Source of the DNA: Candidatus Omnitrophota bacterium
GTDB lineage: Bacteria > Omnitrophota > Gorgyraeia > Gygaellales > Profunditerraquicolaceae
Direction of reading: 5' to 3'
Assembly (NCBI GenBank): GCA_041650295.1
Contig: JBAZLM010000003.1
Location: 66,933-130,932, forward strand
Length of the DNA stretch: 64,000 nt
Part shown: positions 1 through 10,505 of the stretch, piece after piece
How the letters are laid out: each line of letters opens with the position of its first letter
Numbering within the stretch: the first letter of the stretch is position 1
Notes under the pieces: model-generated
Told to the model about the DNA's origin: nothing
Seen by the model: only the letters and a program-made list of their open reading frames with translations
The model's database searches: none
Translations under genes and position numbers: made by a program

Positions 1-116
1 GCATTCATTCCGACAAAACGCGCACAAGAACCCAGCGCAAACGCCAACAGAAATAAAATGATTAGTTTAAGGCTCTGGCTTTTCATTTTAGTATAATTTT
101 ATTAAAGACCTGCTAG

Positions 117-686
117 TTATCGCAGAACTGATTTAACGCGAACGTGTATCTTGCTATAGACAACCGTTGCCAAAAGAACCTTCAAACAGTCACCCAATAC
201 AAATGGTAGGAAGCCAATTAAAAAAGCTTTACTTAATGAACAGGATAAAATTGTTTTTAACCAAAGCGTACCGCAGAATAAAATTACAAAATCCGCAAAT
301 AATAATTTCAAGAAAACAGTAGCATTATTCTGCTGCGCATTATTTAATAAATTACCAGCTAAATAGGCCGCTAAGATAAATCCCACGATATAACCACCAG
401 TAGGCCCAAGTAAATAAAGACTGCCACTACCTAAACCAGTAAAAACCTGGCTGCCCGTTAAACCTAAAAACATGTAGGTGGTCTGGGCGAAAAATCCCAA
501 CTTTCTACCTAATAACGCACCAGAAAGTAAAACGAAAAATGTCTGCAAAGTAAAAGGAACTGGAGTAAATGGCAAAGGAATACGTACAAAGGCAGATAAA
601 GCCGTCAAAATAACAAAAGCGCCTACCGCTAATACCTGACAAATTTTTTTGCTGCTCACCAATTCTCTACGAATAATATTTTCCAT
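117..686 (-). CDS. bioY: Biotin transporter BioY (ECF transporter S component)
   Basis: 189-aa polytopic membrane protein. It carries the BioY-like motif PFTPVPFTLQTFFVLLSGALLG and a Gly-rich TM core. Confidence 0.75.
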   Translation of the reverse strand: MENIIRRELVSSKKICQVLAVGAFVILTALSAFVRIPLPFTPVPFTLQTFFVLLSGALLGRKLGFFAQTTYMFLGLTGSQVFTGLGSGSLYLLGPTGGYIVGFILAAYLAGNLLNNAQQNNATVFLKLLFADFVILFCGTLWLKTILSCSLSKAFLIGFLPFVLGDCLKVLLATVVYSKIHVRVKSVLR

Positions 687-744
687 AACTTTCTCCTAAA
701 TTTATAAGTAAATATAATTTCCACTATTATATATGAAAACTAAA

Positions 745-795
745 TAATAGCAAAAAGAAAATAGGGCTAGTTCTTTTTTTTAGATCTAGCCCTAT
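745..795 (-). terminator. Rho-independent terminator downstream of the 814-1038 gene
   Basis: Stem atagggctag / ctagccctat with an A/T loop. A T-rich run (tttctttttg) follows on the minus strand. Confidence 0.5.
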
Positions 796-813
796 CTGCT
801 TAATCCTATCTAC

Positions 814-1038
814 TTATTCCTTAGCTATGGCTAAAGTAATTACGCCAGCTAAAAGCAGAAATAATCCAATACCACCTTTAACCATCGTCATCAGGTCCGG
901 CCAGAATTTATATATAGCCAAACCACCTAAAACTAAAAATACTAAACCTAAAACTACTTTTAACAATGTCGCTAACATTTTTTTAGAACCGCAACATTTG
1001 CTCTCTGTTCCACAACATTTCTTTTCATCTTGTGCCAT
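814..1038 (-). CDS. Small membrane protein with Cys-rich N-terminus (hypothetical)
   Basis: 74-aa ORF with a CCGTESKCCG motif followed by two hydrophobic helices. No family recognised. Confidence 0.45.
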   Translation of the reverse strand: MAQDEKKCCGTESKCCGSKKMLATLLKVVLGLVFLVLGGLAIYKFWPDLMTMVKGGIGLFLLLAGVITLAIAKE

Positions 1039-1050
1039 ATTGCACCTCCT

Positions 1051-1350
1051 TTATTGACTAGGTCTACCCCGTTAGAGATAGGAAACGCTTCAGACGATTC
1101 TTTAAATAGCGTTTACCCATTCCTGTTTTTAAATATCTTTCTCTAGTAAAAGCATCGTCCTTATCTATACAAGCTTCGTAATATATTAATTCAAAAGGTC
1201 CTCTATTTTTAGTTGATACTACTTTGCCTTCATTATGTTCACTGAAGCGTTTCCGTAGATCAATAGTAGTGCCGGTGTAAAACTTGTTGTCCTTTTTACT
1301 CCTGATTACGTATGTGTATACCATAAGCCGTAATCTCTAACGGGGCTTAC
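1051..1350. mobile_element. Hairpin-repeat element carrying the GIY-YIG gene (IRs ccccgttagagat / atctctaacgggg)
   Basis: A perfect 13-bp inverted repeat flanks the GIY-YIG ORF. The same IR is found at 16692-16756 and 35555-35599 with only a short loop. Confidence 0.55.
1064..1324 (-). CDS. GIY-YIG nuclease family protein (UPF0213/YhbQ-like)
   Basis: 86 aa with the GIY-YIG core YVIRSKKDNKFYTGTTIDLRKRFSEHNEG. The gene lies exactly between the 13-bp inverted repeats at 1067-1079 and 1333-1345. Confidence 0.8.
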   Translation of the reverse strand: MVYTYVIRSKKDNKFYTGTTIDLRKRFSEHNEGKVVSTKNRGPFELIYYEACIDKDDAFTRERYLKTGMGKRYLKNRLKRFLSLTG

Positions 1351-2248
1351 TCTTCCACCGACGATGAATCCAACCCCATTCTACCGGATACTTACGAATA
1401 TAAGTTTCAATAATATCGGTAAGCCTTTGAATATTAATTAATATCGTATCATGCGCATCTTTGCCTTCGATTAATTCTAACTCCGGTTCAAAAATTATCT
1501 TGTGCGTATCATCAGGCTGCCTAATAATAAAACAGGGAATTAATGCAGCTTTGGTTCTCTGTGCCAAAATTACCGGCCCAGTTGCCGTGGCTGCTTTTTG
1601 CCCAAAAAAATCTACAAAAACTCCAGCCGTACCAAAGTTTTGATCAATTGGAATAAAAATTGATTCATTATCTCGCAAAACTTGAATCGATTTATTTACA
1701 CATTCACTGCGCGGCTGACTATAAATTGTTCTGACTCCAAATTTCTCTCTTTTCTTAAAAAAGATCTTCTCCATTCCGGCATCATGCATCGGCTTCATAA
1801 TTCCGCCAACTTTATAACCCTCCACCGCCAAACGACCTAAAAGTAACGGAAAATTACCGAAATGTGCACTCACTAAGATGACCCCTCTGCCGGCAGCTAA
1901 AGCTTTATCCAGATTCTCTTTTTCAAAAAGAAAGGCGCGATCTTTTAAGGCATGTGGCTTATCAAAGAAAAACATTAATTCTACTGCGCTCTTCGCCAAA
2001 TAAACAAAACAAGTTTTCGCAATAGACTCAATTTCTTGTGGAGTTTTTTCTTTACCAAAAGCGATGCCTAAGCTTTCCAAGGCGATCTTGCGATGCTTTT
2101 TAGCAAAAAAATAAGCTAGGCCAGCCATACTTTTAGCAAAAGCATAGAGACAGCTTGATGGTATAATTTTAACGATAAAAGAACATATGCTTATACCAAG
2201 CCAGGCTGCAAAACGACTAATTGATTTTCTAATTTTTTTCGTATCCAT
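1337..2248 (-). CDS. Lipid A (Kdo2-lipid IVA) lauroyl/myristoyl acyltransferase family (LpxL/HtrB-like)
   Basis: 303 aa with an N-terminal TM and the HFGNFP motif (the HxGNWE class of the LpxL family). The stop codon TAG is supplied by the right inverted repeat. Confidence 0.65.
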   Translation of the reverse strand: MDTKKIRKSISRFAAWLGISICSFIVKIIPSSCLYAFAKSMAGLAYFFAKKHRKIALESLGIAFGKEKTPQEIESIAKTCFVYLAKSAVELMFFFDKPHALKDRAFLFEKENLDKALAAGRGVILVSAHFGNFPLLLGRLAVEGYKVGGIMKPMHDAGMEKIFFKKREKFGVRTIYSQPRSECVNKSIQVLRDNESIFIPIDQNFGTAGVFVDFFGQKAATATGPVILAQRTKAALIPCFIIRQPDDTHKIIFEPELELIEGKDAHDTILINIQRLTDIIETYIRKYPVEWGWIHRRWKSKPR

Positions 2249-2303
2249 ATTTATTTTAAATTAGTCAAATTATAGCAAACTACTTTTAAATTACAATACA
2301 AAA

Positions 2304-3725
2304 CTAATCCACATCCGGATTGATTCTAATCTTACGATAACCTACCGCATCAATAGTTAAATTACCACGGCGCATTTTAAGCGAAGTAAGTAAATAATCA
2401 GGATCATTTAAAAGTTTAAAAGGAACTTTTAAAATTAAATAATCTTTATTTAAATCTAACAAAACTCCAGAATTAACCACCGTCTCTTTTCCACTTAATA
2501 CCTTGATTGCTCTGCCAGAAGTAATGATACGAATTTTAGGCATCTGAGCGAACGGAATATTGCTATTATAACCAAAAATATACAACATTACGCCAAATCT
2601 CCAACCTAACTGCTTGGGAAGATCCAAGCGCACGATAAAGTAATCATCTTCTTGCGCATAACTTACCAGCTCATTATCCTGGGCCACATCAGGCTCATCT
2701 TGTGTCTCTGTCCACTCCTGAGTGTCCTTGAACATCTTAGAGATACCTAAATAAGTAATCGGCGCATCATTAGTTAACGGTTTAGGGGCTAGATCTAAAA
2801 CCGGATAATCACCGAATAATTCATTTCTTCTAGCAAATGCCAACAAATAAAAAGCACTCACCTGAGTCTGACTTTTATACAAAAGGATACTTTTATATTT
2901 CTTGTCTAGTTCTGCCATGCTCAGATTTAAACGCTGCCAATTAATAGAAGAACCGATAAATTTGTCCGGAGGATAAATCTCTAATTCTGGATGATAATGT
3001 CGCGGCTTAGGCCAACCAACCGTATGCACTAAATAGGGATAAACTTTAGGAGTAGGGATCTGAGCAGTTAAATCACTTAAAACAATTTGTAAAAATAAAT
3101 ACAACGATTTATGGTCAACATTTACATCTGCCGGATGCGAAACAAAGATAATATCCGGTTGATAACTTAAAATCTGATGGGTAAGATCTTTTAAAATATT
3201 TTCTCCACTATATGACGCTCCATAAGAAGGGCTATCTTTATAAGGAACATTGGATATACGCGTTAGACGATCGCGAAACGGTTTCTTTGTCTGCCAATGA
3301 TTACAAAAAATATTAAAAGTTCCAAAATCAGGATACCCTAAGAAAACAAGGTTATCTTCAGAAAGACCTAAAAACTTCATCGCTTTTATTGCTTCCTTTT
3401 GACGCACCTTACCCATATGTACAAATTCACCCTGACGCATAGTTAATCTTTTTTCATAAACAATAAAAGATAGCTCATTATGATCACCGTTAGTTAAATA
3501 AACTATTTTTACCTGAGCACCCACACTTAATGCTTTTTGGATAACCCCAGCGCAAGCAATAGATTCGTCATCTGGATGTGGGGCCAAAATTAAAATCCGT
3601 TGGTCCTTTTTAAATTCTTCTAAAATCGGAAGATTTTTCCAATAATCATAATTAGTCTTATTAACCGTAGCGCAACCAGCTATAAATAAAAGTAAAAAAT
3701 AAATTAATAATTTTTTATTACGCAT
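2304..3725 (-). CDS. PIG-L/LmbE family deacetylase lipoprotein with C-terminal extension
   Basis: Lipobox FIAGC. PIG-L motif LILAPHPDDESIACAG. At 473 aa it is longer than canonical PIG-L proteins. Confidence 0.65.
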   Translation of the reverse strand: MRNKKLLIYFLLLFIAGCATVNKTNYDYWKNLPILEEFKKDQRILILAPHPDDESIACAGVIQKALSVGAQVKIVYLTNGDHNELSFIVYEKRLTMRQGEFVHMGKVRQKEAIKAMKFLGLSEDNLVFLGYPDFGTFNIFCNHWQTKKPFRDRLTRISNVPYKDSPSYGASYSGENILKDLTHQILSYQPDIIFVSHPADVNVDHKSLYLFLQIVLSDLTAQIPTPKVYPYLVHTVGWPKPRHYHPELEIYPPDKFIGSSINWQRLNLSMAELDKKYKSILLYKSQTQVSAFYLLAFARRNELFGDYPVLDLAPKPLTNDAPITYLGISKMFKDTQEWTETQDEPDVAQDNELVSYAQEDDYFIVRLDLPKQLGWRFGVMLYIFGYNSNIPFAQMPKIRIITSGRAIKVLSGKETVVNSGVLLDLNKDYLILKVPFKLLNDPDYLLTSLKMRRGNLTIDAVGYRKIRINPDVD

Positions 3726-5214
3726 GGTTATATTCTTTCTTCCTAATGATGCTCATCAATAAAATAAAACACGCCAATATTAAGCAAAAACTAATAAAGA
3801 CATCTCCGTAGAGATTATAAAATGTAAACTGATTAGATTGCAAATAAATCTTCTGACTAATCTGGCCGTTAACAAAAATATCCTTTTGATGTAAATCGCA
3901 AACCTTAGCCAAAATCCTTCCACAAGGATCAATAAATCCAGAGATCCCGGTATTAGCGGCTCTGGCTAAATACACATGATTTTCTATAGCCCGAAAAACC
4001 GAAGCAGCAAAATGTTGATAAGGAGCACTCCCTTCTTTATACCAAGCATCATTGGTAATATTAATTAAAAATTTTGCCCCATTTTTTATAAAACGACGAC
4101 TTAATTCAGGAAAAAGATCTTCAAAGCAAATCAGCACGCCAAATTCAGCCGGCTGTTTAAAAATAGTATAATTATCGCCAGCAGTGATATCGCCAATCGG
4201 AGCAATCGTCTCTAAAAAAGGAAAAGTTTTCTTAAAAGGAATAAACTCCCCAAACGGAACCAAGTGCAATTTATTATAAATTGCTGTTAATTGACCAGCT
4301 TTGTTTACCAGTAAAGCACTATTAAAATAATTTTGGTTAAATTGTGAAACAGCGCCAACCAATAAATTAATATTTTGCTCTTTGGCTAAAGAAAAAACTT
4401 GAGCATACTCATGATCATCTTGACCAAAAATTCCCGGAACGCTAGCTTCCGGCCAAATTACTAAATCCGGTTTATCCTGGGCTGCCTGTACGGTTAATGT
4501 TTTATAATTATTCAAAACAAAATTAACAGCCCCTAAATTCCATTTTAAATGCTGTGGAATATTTCCTTGAATTACTGAAACTTTTAAAGCTTTACTAGCA
4601 ACTAAGCCTTTAGCGCTATAATTTAATTTAAAAAATCCATAGGCCAAAGTTAAAAACAATGCGATTAAACTAATTAACAAAATCTTATTTTTAGATTTTT
4701 TTCGCAAAATTAAATAAGCACCTGCATTAATTAAAACAATTAAAAAACTTACCCCCCAAACACCAGTAATATCGGCGATTTGGATAATTGGTAAATTCCT
4801 ATACTGCGAAAACCCCATTAAAGCCCAAGGAAAACCAGTAAATAAATAACTACGTAAGTGTTCTAATATCACCCAAACGCTAGGAATAAAAAATAACTGG
4901 CTAACTGTAGAAAGTTTTTTAGACAGATATACTAAGCAACCAAAAATTCCAAAATAACTTGCCAAAAATAGAATTAAAATTATCTGCCCCATTAGAGTAA
5001 CATGGATTAACCAATAAACTGTCAAGCTCCAGAAAATAACTCCACAAAAATAGGCAACCAAAAACGATTGCCGTAAAGATTTATTTTCTAAAGCCATTAA
5101 AAGAGGCACAAATCCACACCAGGCAAAAATCCAAAGGTTAAAACTCGAAAAGGAAAGTGATAATAAAATTGCAGATAAAATAGACAGGATTACGCCACTC
5201 ATTTTCCACAACAT
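3718..5214 (-). CDS. lnt: Apolipoprotein N-acyltransferase
   Basis: 498 aa. N-terminal multi-TM region plus a CN-hydrolase domain (LVIWPE ... FGVLICFE). Confidence 0.8.
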   Translation of the reverse strand: MLWKMSGVILSILSAILLSLSFSSFNLWIFAWCGFVPLLMALENKSLRQSFLVAYFCGVIFWSLTVYWLIHVTLMGQIILILFLASYFGIFGCLVYLSKKLSTVSQLFFIPSVWVILEHLRSYLFTGFPWALMGFSQYRNLPIIQIADITGVWGVSFLIVLINAGAYLILRKKSKNKILLISLIALFLTLAYGFFKLNYSAKGLVASKALKVSVIQGNIPQHLKWNLGAVNFVLNNYKTLTVQAAQDKPDLVIWPEASVPGIFGQDDHEYAQVFSLAKEQNINLLVGAVSQFNQNYFNSALLVNKAGQLTAIYNKLHLVPFGEFIPFKKTFPFLETIAPIGDITAGDNYTIFKQPAEFGVLICFEDLFPELSRRFIKNGAKFLINITNDAWYKEGSAPYQHFAASVFRAIENHVYLARAANTGISGFIDPCGRILAKVCDLHQKDIFVNGQISQKIYLQSNQFTFYNLYGDVFISFCLILACFILLMSIIRKKEYNHA

Positions 5215-8132
5215 TTTTTATATTTCTTACCAGAGCCACAAGGGCAAAGATCATTACGCCCAACTTTAGGCTGGCTAGATTCAATAGTTTGACGAACTTG
5301 CTCTTTAGGGGCAACCTCTTCTCCTAAATCTTGATCTTGACTAGAAGATTGAAATTTATCCACTTCTGGATGAGAAAACTCTTTAGGTAGAGAACTAAAA
5401 ACACCCTTTAGCTTTTCTTGATTAGCCGGTTTAGCTGGCGCTAATTTAAAAATTGTAGCTACCGCATCCTCTTCAATCGCCGCAATCATCTGGCTAAACA
5501 TGCCAAAGGCTTCCCTTTTATATTCAATTAAAGGATCCCGTTGGCCATAAGCTCGCAAACCAATCCCTTCACGCAAGCTGTCCATTGCATAAAGATGGTC
5601 CTTCCACTTAGCATCAATAATTTGTAAAAAAACCATTCGCTCTAAATTCCGCAATAGCGGCGGATCAATTTGCTTTTCTTTATCTTCATAAGCTAGTAAC
5701 ATCTGATCAATTAAAGCATCCTTTAACTCCTGGCCACTGGAATTAGTCAATTTTTCTAAATTTAATTGCAGTCCAAAATTTAAGGCCAAAGAACTAATTA
5801 AATTGGTCATATCTAATTCTGAAGAATCACCAGGGTTATAAGTTTTTAAATAATCCTCAACTACTTTAGGAATAATTTCCAGAATATTATCTTTTAAAGA
5901 AAGACCCTCTAAGATCTGCAAACGTTGCCCATAAATAATCTCTCTTTGTTTATTCATAACATTATCATACTCTAATAATTGTTTTCTAATCTCAAAGTTA
6001 TGCTGCTCAACCCGACGCTGCGCAATTTCAATCGAACCGCTCACCCAAGGATGCTCAATCACTTGGCCTTCTTCAAGACCTAACTTATCCATTAGACCAA
6101 TAATTCTATCTGAACCAAACAAACGCATCAGGTCATCCTTTAATGAAACATAAAAACGGCTTGATCCCGGGTCTCCTTGGCGACCACAACGACCGCGCAA
6201 CTGATTATCAATACGCCTGGCTTCGTGGCGCTCTGTACCCAAAACGTGTAAACCCCCTAAATCTACAACCTTATTATGTTCAATCGCGCTCTCTGCTTTA
6301 TAACGATCCATTATCTTTTTATATTCAAGATTATAATTAGGATCCTGCGGATCTAATTTTTGCTTAGCCACATTTTTAGCAATAAATTCAGGGTTACCTC
6401 CCAAAAGAATATCTGTACCACGACCGGCCATGTTCGTAGCAATAGTTACACCTTTATAACTACCGGCCTGAGAAATAATCGTCGCTTCCATTTCATGGTA
6501 TTTGGCATTTAATACTTGATGGGTAACCCCACGCCGTTTTAACATTTCAGAGAGCCGTTCGGATTTATCAATAGTAATGGTTCCCACTAATACCGGTTTA
6601 CCTGAATTATACAATTCTACAATCTCTTCAACTACCGCATCAAATTTTTCTTTTTCGGTTTTAAAAATCCGATCAGGATAATTTTTTCTCACTAAGGGTT
6701 TATTGGTAGGCAAAACTACCACATCTAATTGATAGATGCTTTTAAACTCATTGGCCTCCGTAAACGCCGTTCCGGTCATCCCGGCCAATTTTTCATACAT
6801 ACGAAAATAATTTTGAAAAGTTACTGTGGCTAAAGTTTGATTTTCTCGTTCAATTTTTAATCCTTCTTTGGCCTCAGTAGCCTGATGTAAACCATCACTC
6901 CAACGTCGTCCGGGCATCAGTCGACCGGTAAACTCATCCACAATAATTACTTGCCCATCTTTAATTACATAGTCAACATCGCGCTCAAAGAATTCCTTAG
7001 CTCTTAAAGCCTGAATCGTATGGTGGCGATATTCAATTGTTTCAATAGCATGTAAAGTCTCTACCCCCCAAAGCTTGGAGGCCTTATATTCTCCGGCTTC
7101 GGTTAAGGCTACCGTCTGAGCTTTCTCATCGGCAACATAATCAAAACCTTTGCCTAAATCTATTCCCTTATATTTTGCATCGATCTCGTCGCGCTCAGTA
7201 ACTCGACGCCCTTCTAACTGTTCCACAATTTTCTTAGCCGTATAATATTTTTCCGTAGACTCTTCGGCCGGACCAGAGATAATTAACGGAGTGCGTGCCT
7301 CATCAATTAAAATCGAATCTACTTCATCAACAATGGCATAATAAAATGGTCGCTGTACCAAATCCTCAACAGAATACTTCATATTATCGCGTAGATAATC
7401 AAAACCAAATTCATTATTAGTACCGTAAGTTATATCGCAAGCATAGGCATGCTTTCTTTCCATGTCTCCCATATCATGCTGAATAGTACCTACGGATAAA
7501 CCTAAAAATTCATAAATCGGGCCCATCCATTCCCGGTCGCGGCGAGCCAAATAATCATTTACCGTAACTACATGTACCCCTTTACCCAACAAAGCATTTA
7601 AATAAGCCGCTAAAGTAGCGACTAAAGTTTTACCTTCTCCGGTAGACATCTCTGCGATTCTACCTTCGTGCAAAATAATACCTCCGGCAATCTGCACATC
7701 AAAATGTCTTAAGCCAATTGTGCGCTTAGAAGCTTCTCTAACTACCGCAAAAGCTTCCGGTAAGATCTGCGCAAAAATTCTATTACGACTAATTTTTAAT
7801 TTTTCTTTTATCTTTTCTTTTTCTTCGGGAATCGCCACACTTTGCATCGCTTGACGCAATTGATCTAATTCATCAGAGACCTCTTCGGATTTAATTTTTA
7901 AATATTTTTTAAATTCTAAAGACTTTGCGGCCAATTCTTTATCACTAAGTGCGCTAATTTTAGGTTCAAAAGAATTCACTAAATTAACTAATCTAGCTAT
8001 CTCCACCATCTTACTCATGGAAGGGCTAGGCATATCTGCATGCAAAGTAATATTTAACTGCGGAAATTTACTTTTAATCGCATTCTGTTTATTTTGTAAT
8101 AAAATTTTTTTAATAAACCCTAACATTAACAT
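5199..8132 (-). CDS. secA: Preprotein translocase ATPase SecA
   Basis: 977 aa. Motifs [17 protein letters not shown] and [12 protein letters not shown]-terminal zinc finger [15 protein letters not shown]. Confidence 0.95.
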   Translation of the reverse strand: MLMLGFIKKILLQNKQNAIKSKFPQLNITLHADMPSPSMSKMVEIARLVNLVNSFEPKISALSDKELAAKSLEFKKYLKIKSEEVSDELDQLRQAMQSVAIPEEKEKIKEKLKISRNRIFAQILPEAFAVVREASKRTIGLRHFDVQIAGGIILHEGRIAEMSTGEGKTLVATLAAYLNALLGKGVHVVTVNDYLARRDREWMGPIYEFLGLSVGTIQHDMGDMERKHAYACDITYGTNNEFGFDYLRDNMKYSVEDLVQRPFYYAIVDEVDSILIDEARTPLIISGPAEESTEKYYTAKKIVEQLEGRRVTERDEIDAKYKGIDLGKGFDYVADEKAQTVALTEAGEYKASKLWGVETLHAIETIEYRHHTIQALRAKEFFERDVDYVIKDGQVIIVDEFTGRLMPGRRWSDGLHQATEAKEGLKIERENQTLATVTFQNYFRMYEKLAGMTGTAFTEANEFKSIYQLDVVVLPTNKPLVRKNYPDRIFKTEKEKFDAVVEEIVELYNSGKPVLVGTITIDKSERLSEMLKRRGVTHQVLNAKYHEMEATIISQAGSYKGVTIATNMAGRGTDILLGGNPEFIAKNVAKQKLDPQDPNYNLEYKKIMDRYKAESAIEHNKVVDLGGLHVLGTERHEARRIDNQLRGRCGRQGDPGSSRFYVSLKDDLMRLFGSDRIIGLMDKLGLEEGQVIEHPWVSGSIEIAQRRVEQHNFEIRKQLLEYDNVMNKQREIIYGQRLQILEGLSLKDNILEIIPKVVEDYLKTYNPGDSSELDMTNLISSLALNFGLQLNLEKLTNSSGQELKDALIDQMLLAYEDKEKQIDPPLLRNLERMVFLQIIDAKWKDHLYAMDSLREGIGLRAYGQRDPLIEYKREAFGMFSQMIAAIEEDAVATIFKLAPAKPANQEKLKGVFSSLPKEFSHPEVDKFQSSSQDQDLGEEVAPKEQVRQTIESSQPKVGRNDLCPCGSGKKYKKCCGK

Positions 8133-8155
8133 TATTTTCCTCTTATTTATTAATA

Positions 8156-9257
8156 CTACGCCTTATTAGCACTAAACTTTAAATACGCTTCGATAAACTC
8201 ATCCAATCCACCGTCTAAAATTTTTTGACTATCTCCGGTCTCAAACTCCGTGCGATGGTCTTTCACTAAATTATACGGATGTAAAACATAAGAACGAATC
8301 TGGCTACCCCATTCAATTCTTTTTTTATCGGAATCCTGCTGTTTTACTTCAGCTAATTTTTTAACTTGTTCAGATTCATAAAGTCGAGCCTTTAAAATCT
8401 TAAAAGCAGTTTGCTTATTTTGAAACTGAGAACGCTCGTTCTGACATTGCGCCACAATCCCAGTCGGCAGATGCGTAATTCTCACCGCCGAATCCGTAGT
8501 ATTTACGCTTTGACCACCAGCACCTTTAGAACGATAAACATCAATGCGCAAATCTTTTTCATCGATCTTAATATCTAACTCTTCTTCAATCTCAGGAATT
8601 ACATCCACTGAAGCAAAAGAAGTATGCCTACGTGAATTAGCATCAAACGGAGAGATGCGCACCAAACGATGCACTCCGCGTTCAGCTTTTAAATAACCAA
8701 AAGCATAAGCACCTTCAATTAAAATAGTGACGTTTTTAATTCCCGCTTCTTCTCCGGGGAGCAGATCAATGGTTTTTACACTATAGTTATGCCTTTCCGC
8801 AAAACGAGTGTACATTCTTAACAACATCCCTGCCCAATCACAAGACTCTGTTCCGCCAGCTCCAGAATTAATACTTAAAATCGTACTATTCTTATCAAAC
8901 TTTCCACCCAAAAGCACTTGAAACTCTAATTTATCAATTATACCAATAAGCTCTTGAGTATTCTGCGTTAAATCTAAAACTAAATCTTGATCATTATCTT
9001 TGACTAAAGGAACCAGCTCAGAAAGTTCTTCATATTTCTTATGCGCTAAATCCCAAGGCTCAACCGTTGCCTTAAGGTCTTTTAACTCCTTAACCATTTT
9101 AGTGGATTTTTCTGAATTATCCCAGAAACCTTCGGAAGACATCTGAGCAGATAAAACTTCTATGCGTTGCTTTTTATTGACAACGTCAAAGATAACCTCT
9201 TAAATTTTCTACTCTCACTCCAATTTCAATAAGTTGCTTTTTAATTTCCTCAACCAT
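8156..9257 (-). CDS. prfB: Peptide chain release factor 2 with programmed +1 frameshift
   Basis: SPF motif ([16 protein letters not shown]) and GGQ motif. A frame-0 [26 protein letters not shown], ends at CTT TGA C (plus-strand gtcaaag, 9185-9191). The +1 frame then continues as [22 protein letters not shown]. Confidence 0.9.
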
Positions 9258-9276
9258 GTCTTCTGCCCCCAATTAA

Positions 9277-10347
9277 TTAACTCTTCTTAATTCCTCTGTA
9301 AGCTAACATAAATTCTTCGCGACTATCTGCAGCTAAAGCGGCATCCTCTAAAGTTATTTTTCCTTCATTAACTAATTTAACCAAAGACTGCGTAAATGAT
9401 TGCATTCCAAAAACTCCACCTTCTTCAATAAAATCAGGAATCTCCCAAATTTTACCCTCGCGAATTAAGCGACTAATCGTCGGTGTAAGTAACATAACTT
9501 CATAAGCAGGGATACGATTACCATCTTTAGCGGGAATTAAGCGTAAAGAAATTACTCCCTTTAATAATGTAGATAATTGATTTTTCACCTCTTGATGTTG
9601 ATGTGGAGGGAAAAAATTAATTAACCTCTCTACAGACTGCGACGCATTAATCGTATGTAAAGTACTTAAAACTAAAACTCCGGTTTCTGCTGCTGCAATC
9701 GCACTAGATACAGTTTCATAATCACGAATATTACCAATAAACATTACATCTGGGCTTTGTAACGTAAAAGCTCGCAAAGCAGTAGGGTAGTCTTTAACAT
9801 CAATTCCTAGCTCCCGTTGATTAATAATCGATTGTTTATCAGCAAAAGTTAATTCAATCGGTTCTTCAGCCGTTAAGATATGCTTCTTTGAATTACTATT
9901 AATATATTCAATCATACTAGCAATCGTCGTAGATTTACCGCTACCCATACTACCAGTTAATAAAACTAATCCACGAGATTCCATCGATAATTTCTTTAAT
10001 ACTTCCGCAGGCAAATTTAGCTCTTCAAAAGTGGAGATAGTATTACGTACATTGCGGATGACAATCGATGGCCAATTTCTTTGCGTAAACAAACTTACGC
10101 GAAAACGGCGGCCAAATTCTTCTAAATAAACCGCAAAATCTACATCCAAATTATTTCTAAAAACTTCTAATTGTTTCGTATTAGCTAATTGTTCAACCGC
10201 AAGCATTACATCCTCTACACTTAAAATCCGGGTATCCATAGCGACGATCTTACCGTCAATGCGCAGGCGTGGTGTGCCTCCGGCTCGGAAAAAAAGATCA
10301 GAAGCATTCTTAGCCACCATCTCCCCTAATAATTTTCTAATATCCAT
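9277..10347 (-). CDS. pilT: Type IV pilus retraction ATPase PilT/PilU family
   Basis: Walker A box GSMGSGKSTT and the PilT family fold. The start is set at MDIRK, which has a GGAGGA Shine-Dalgarno sequence 7 nt upstream. The ORF-track start at 10425 is an upstream extension. Confidence 0.8.
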   Translation of the reverse strand: MDIRKLLGEMVAKNASDLFFRAGGTPRLRIDGKIVAMDTRILSVEDVMLAVEQLANTKQLEVFRNNLDVDFAVYLEEFGRRFRVSLFTQRNWPSIVIRNVRNTISTFEELNLPAEVLKKLSMESRGLVLLTGSMGSGKSTTIASMIEYINSNSKKHILTAEEPIELTFADKQSIINQRELGIDVKDYPTALRAFTLQSPDVMFIGNIRDYETVSSAIAAAETGVLVLSTLHTINASQSVERLINFFPPHQHQEVKNQLSTLLKGVISLRLIPAKDGNRIPAYEVMLLTPTISRLIREGKIWEIPDFIEEGGVFGMQSFTQSLVKLVNEGKITLEDAALAADSREEFMLAYRGIKKS

Positions 10348-10371
10348 ATCTCCTCCAAAAACAAGAACTTG

Positions 10372-10503
10372 TCCTACATGTTTTCTTCGAAAACACGTAG
10401 GACTGCAAAAATGTTTGCCTATCAATGCCTTGCCCTACGCAAGTTTTTAAAAAAAACTTGCGTAGGACTGCGGAAATATTTGCCTTACGGCAAATATTTC
10501 CTT
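10372..10503. repeat. Intergenic array of three palindromic hairpins plus a roughly 26-bp direct repeat
   Basis: The hairpins are cctacatgttttc..gaaaacacgtagg, ccctacgcaagttttt..aaaaacttgcgtagg and aaatatttgcc..ggcaaatattt. The unit cgtaggactgcRRaaatRtttgcct occurs twice. Confidence 0.6.
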
Positions 10504-10505
10504 GA

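Noticed and set aside
827-1057. 76-aa plus-strand ORF
   Set aside because: Antisense to the small Cys-rich membrane protein gene. Pro/Lys-rich low-complexity translation with no ribosome-binding site.
10348-10425. ORF-track upstream extension of pilT (MIGKHFCSPTCFRRKHVGQVLVFGGD)
   Set aside because: The extension runs through the palindromic hairpins and has no ribosome-binding site. The internal MDIRK start has a perfect GGAGGA Shine-Dalgarno sequence.
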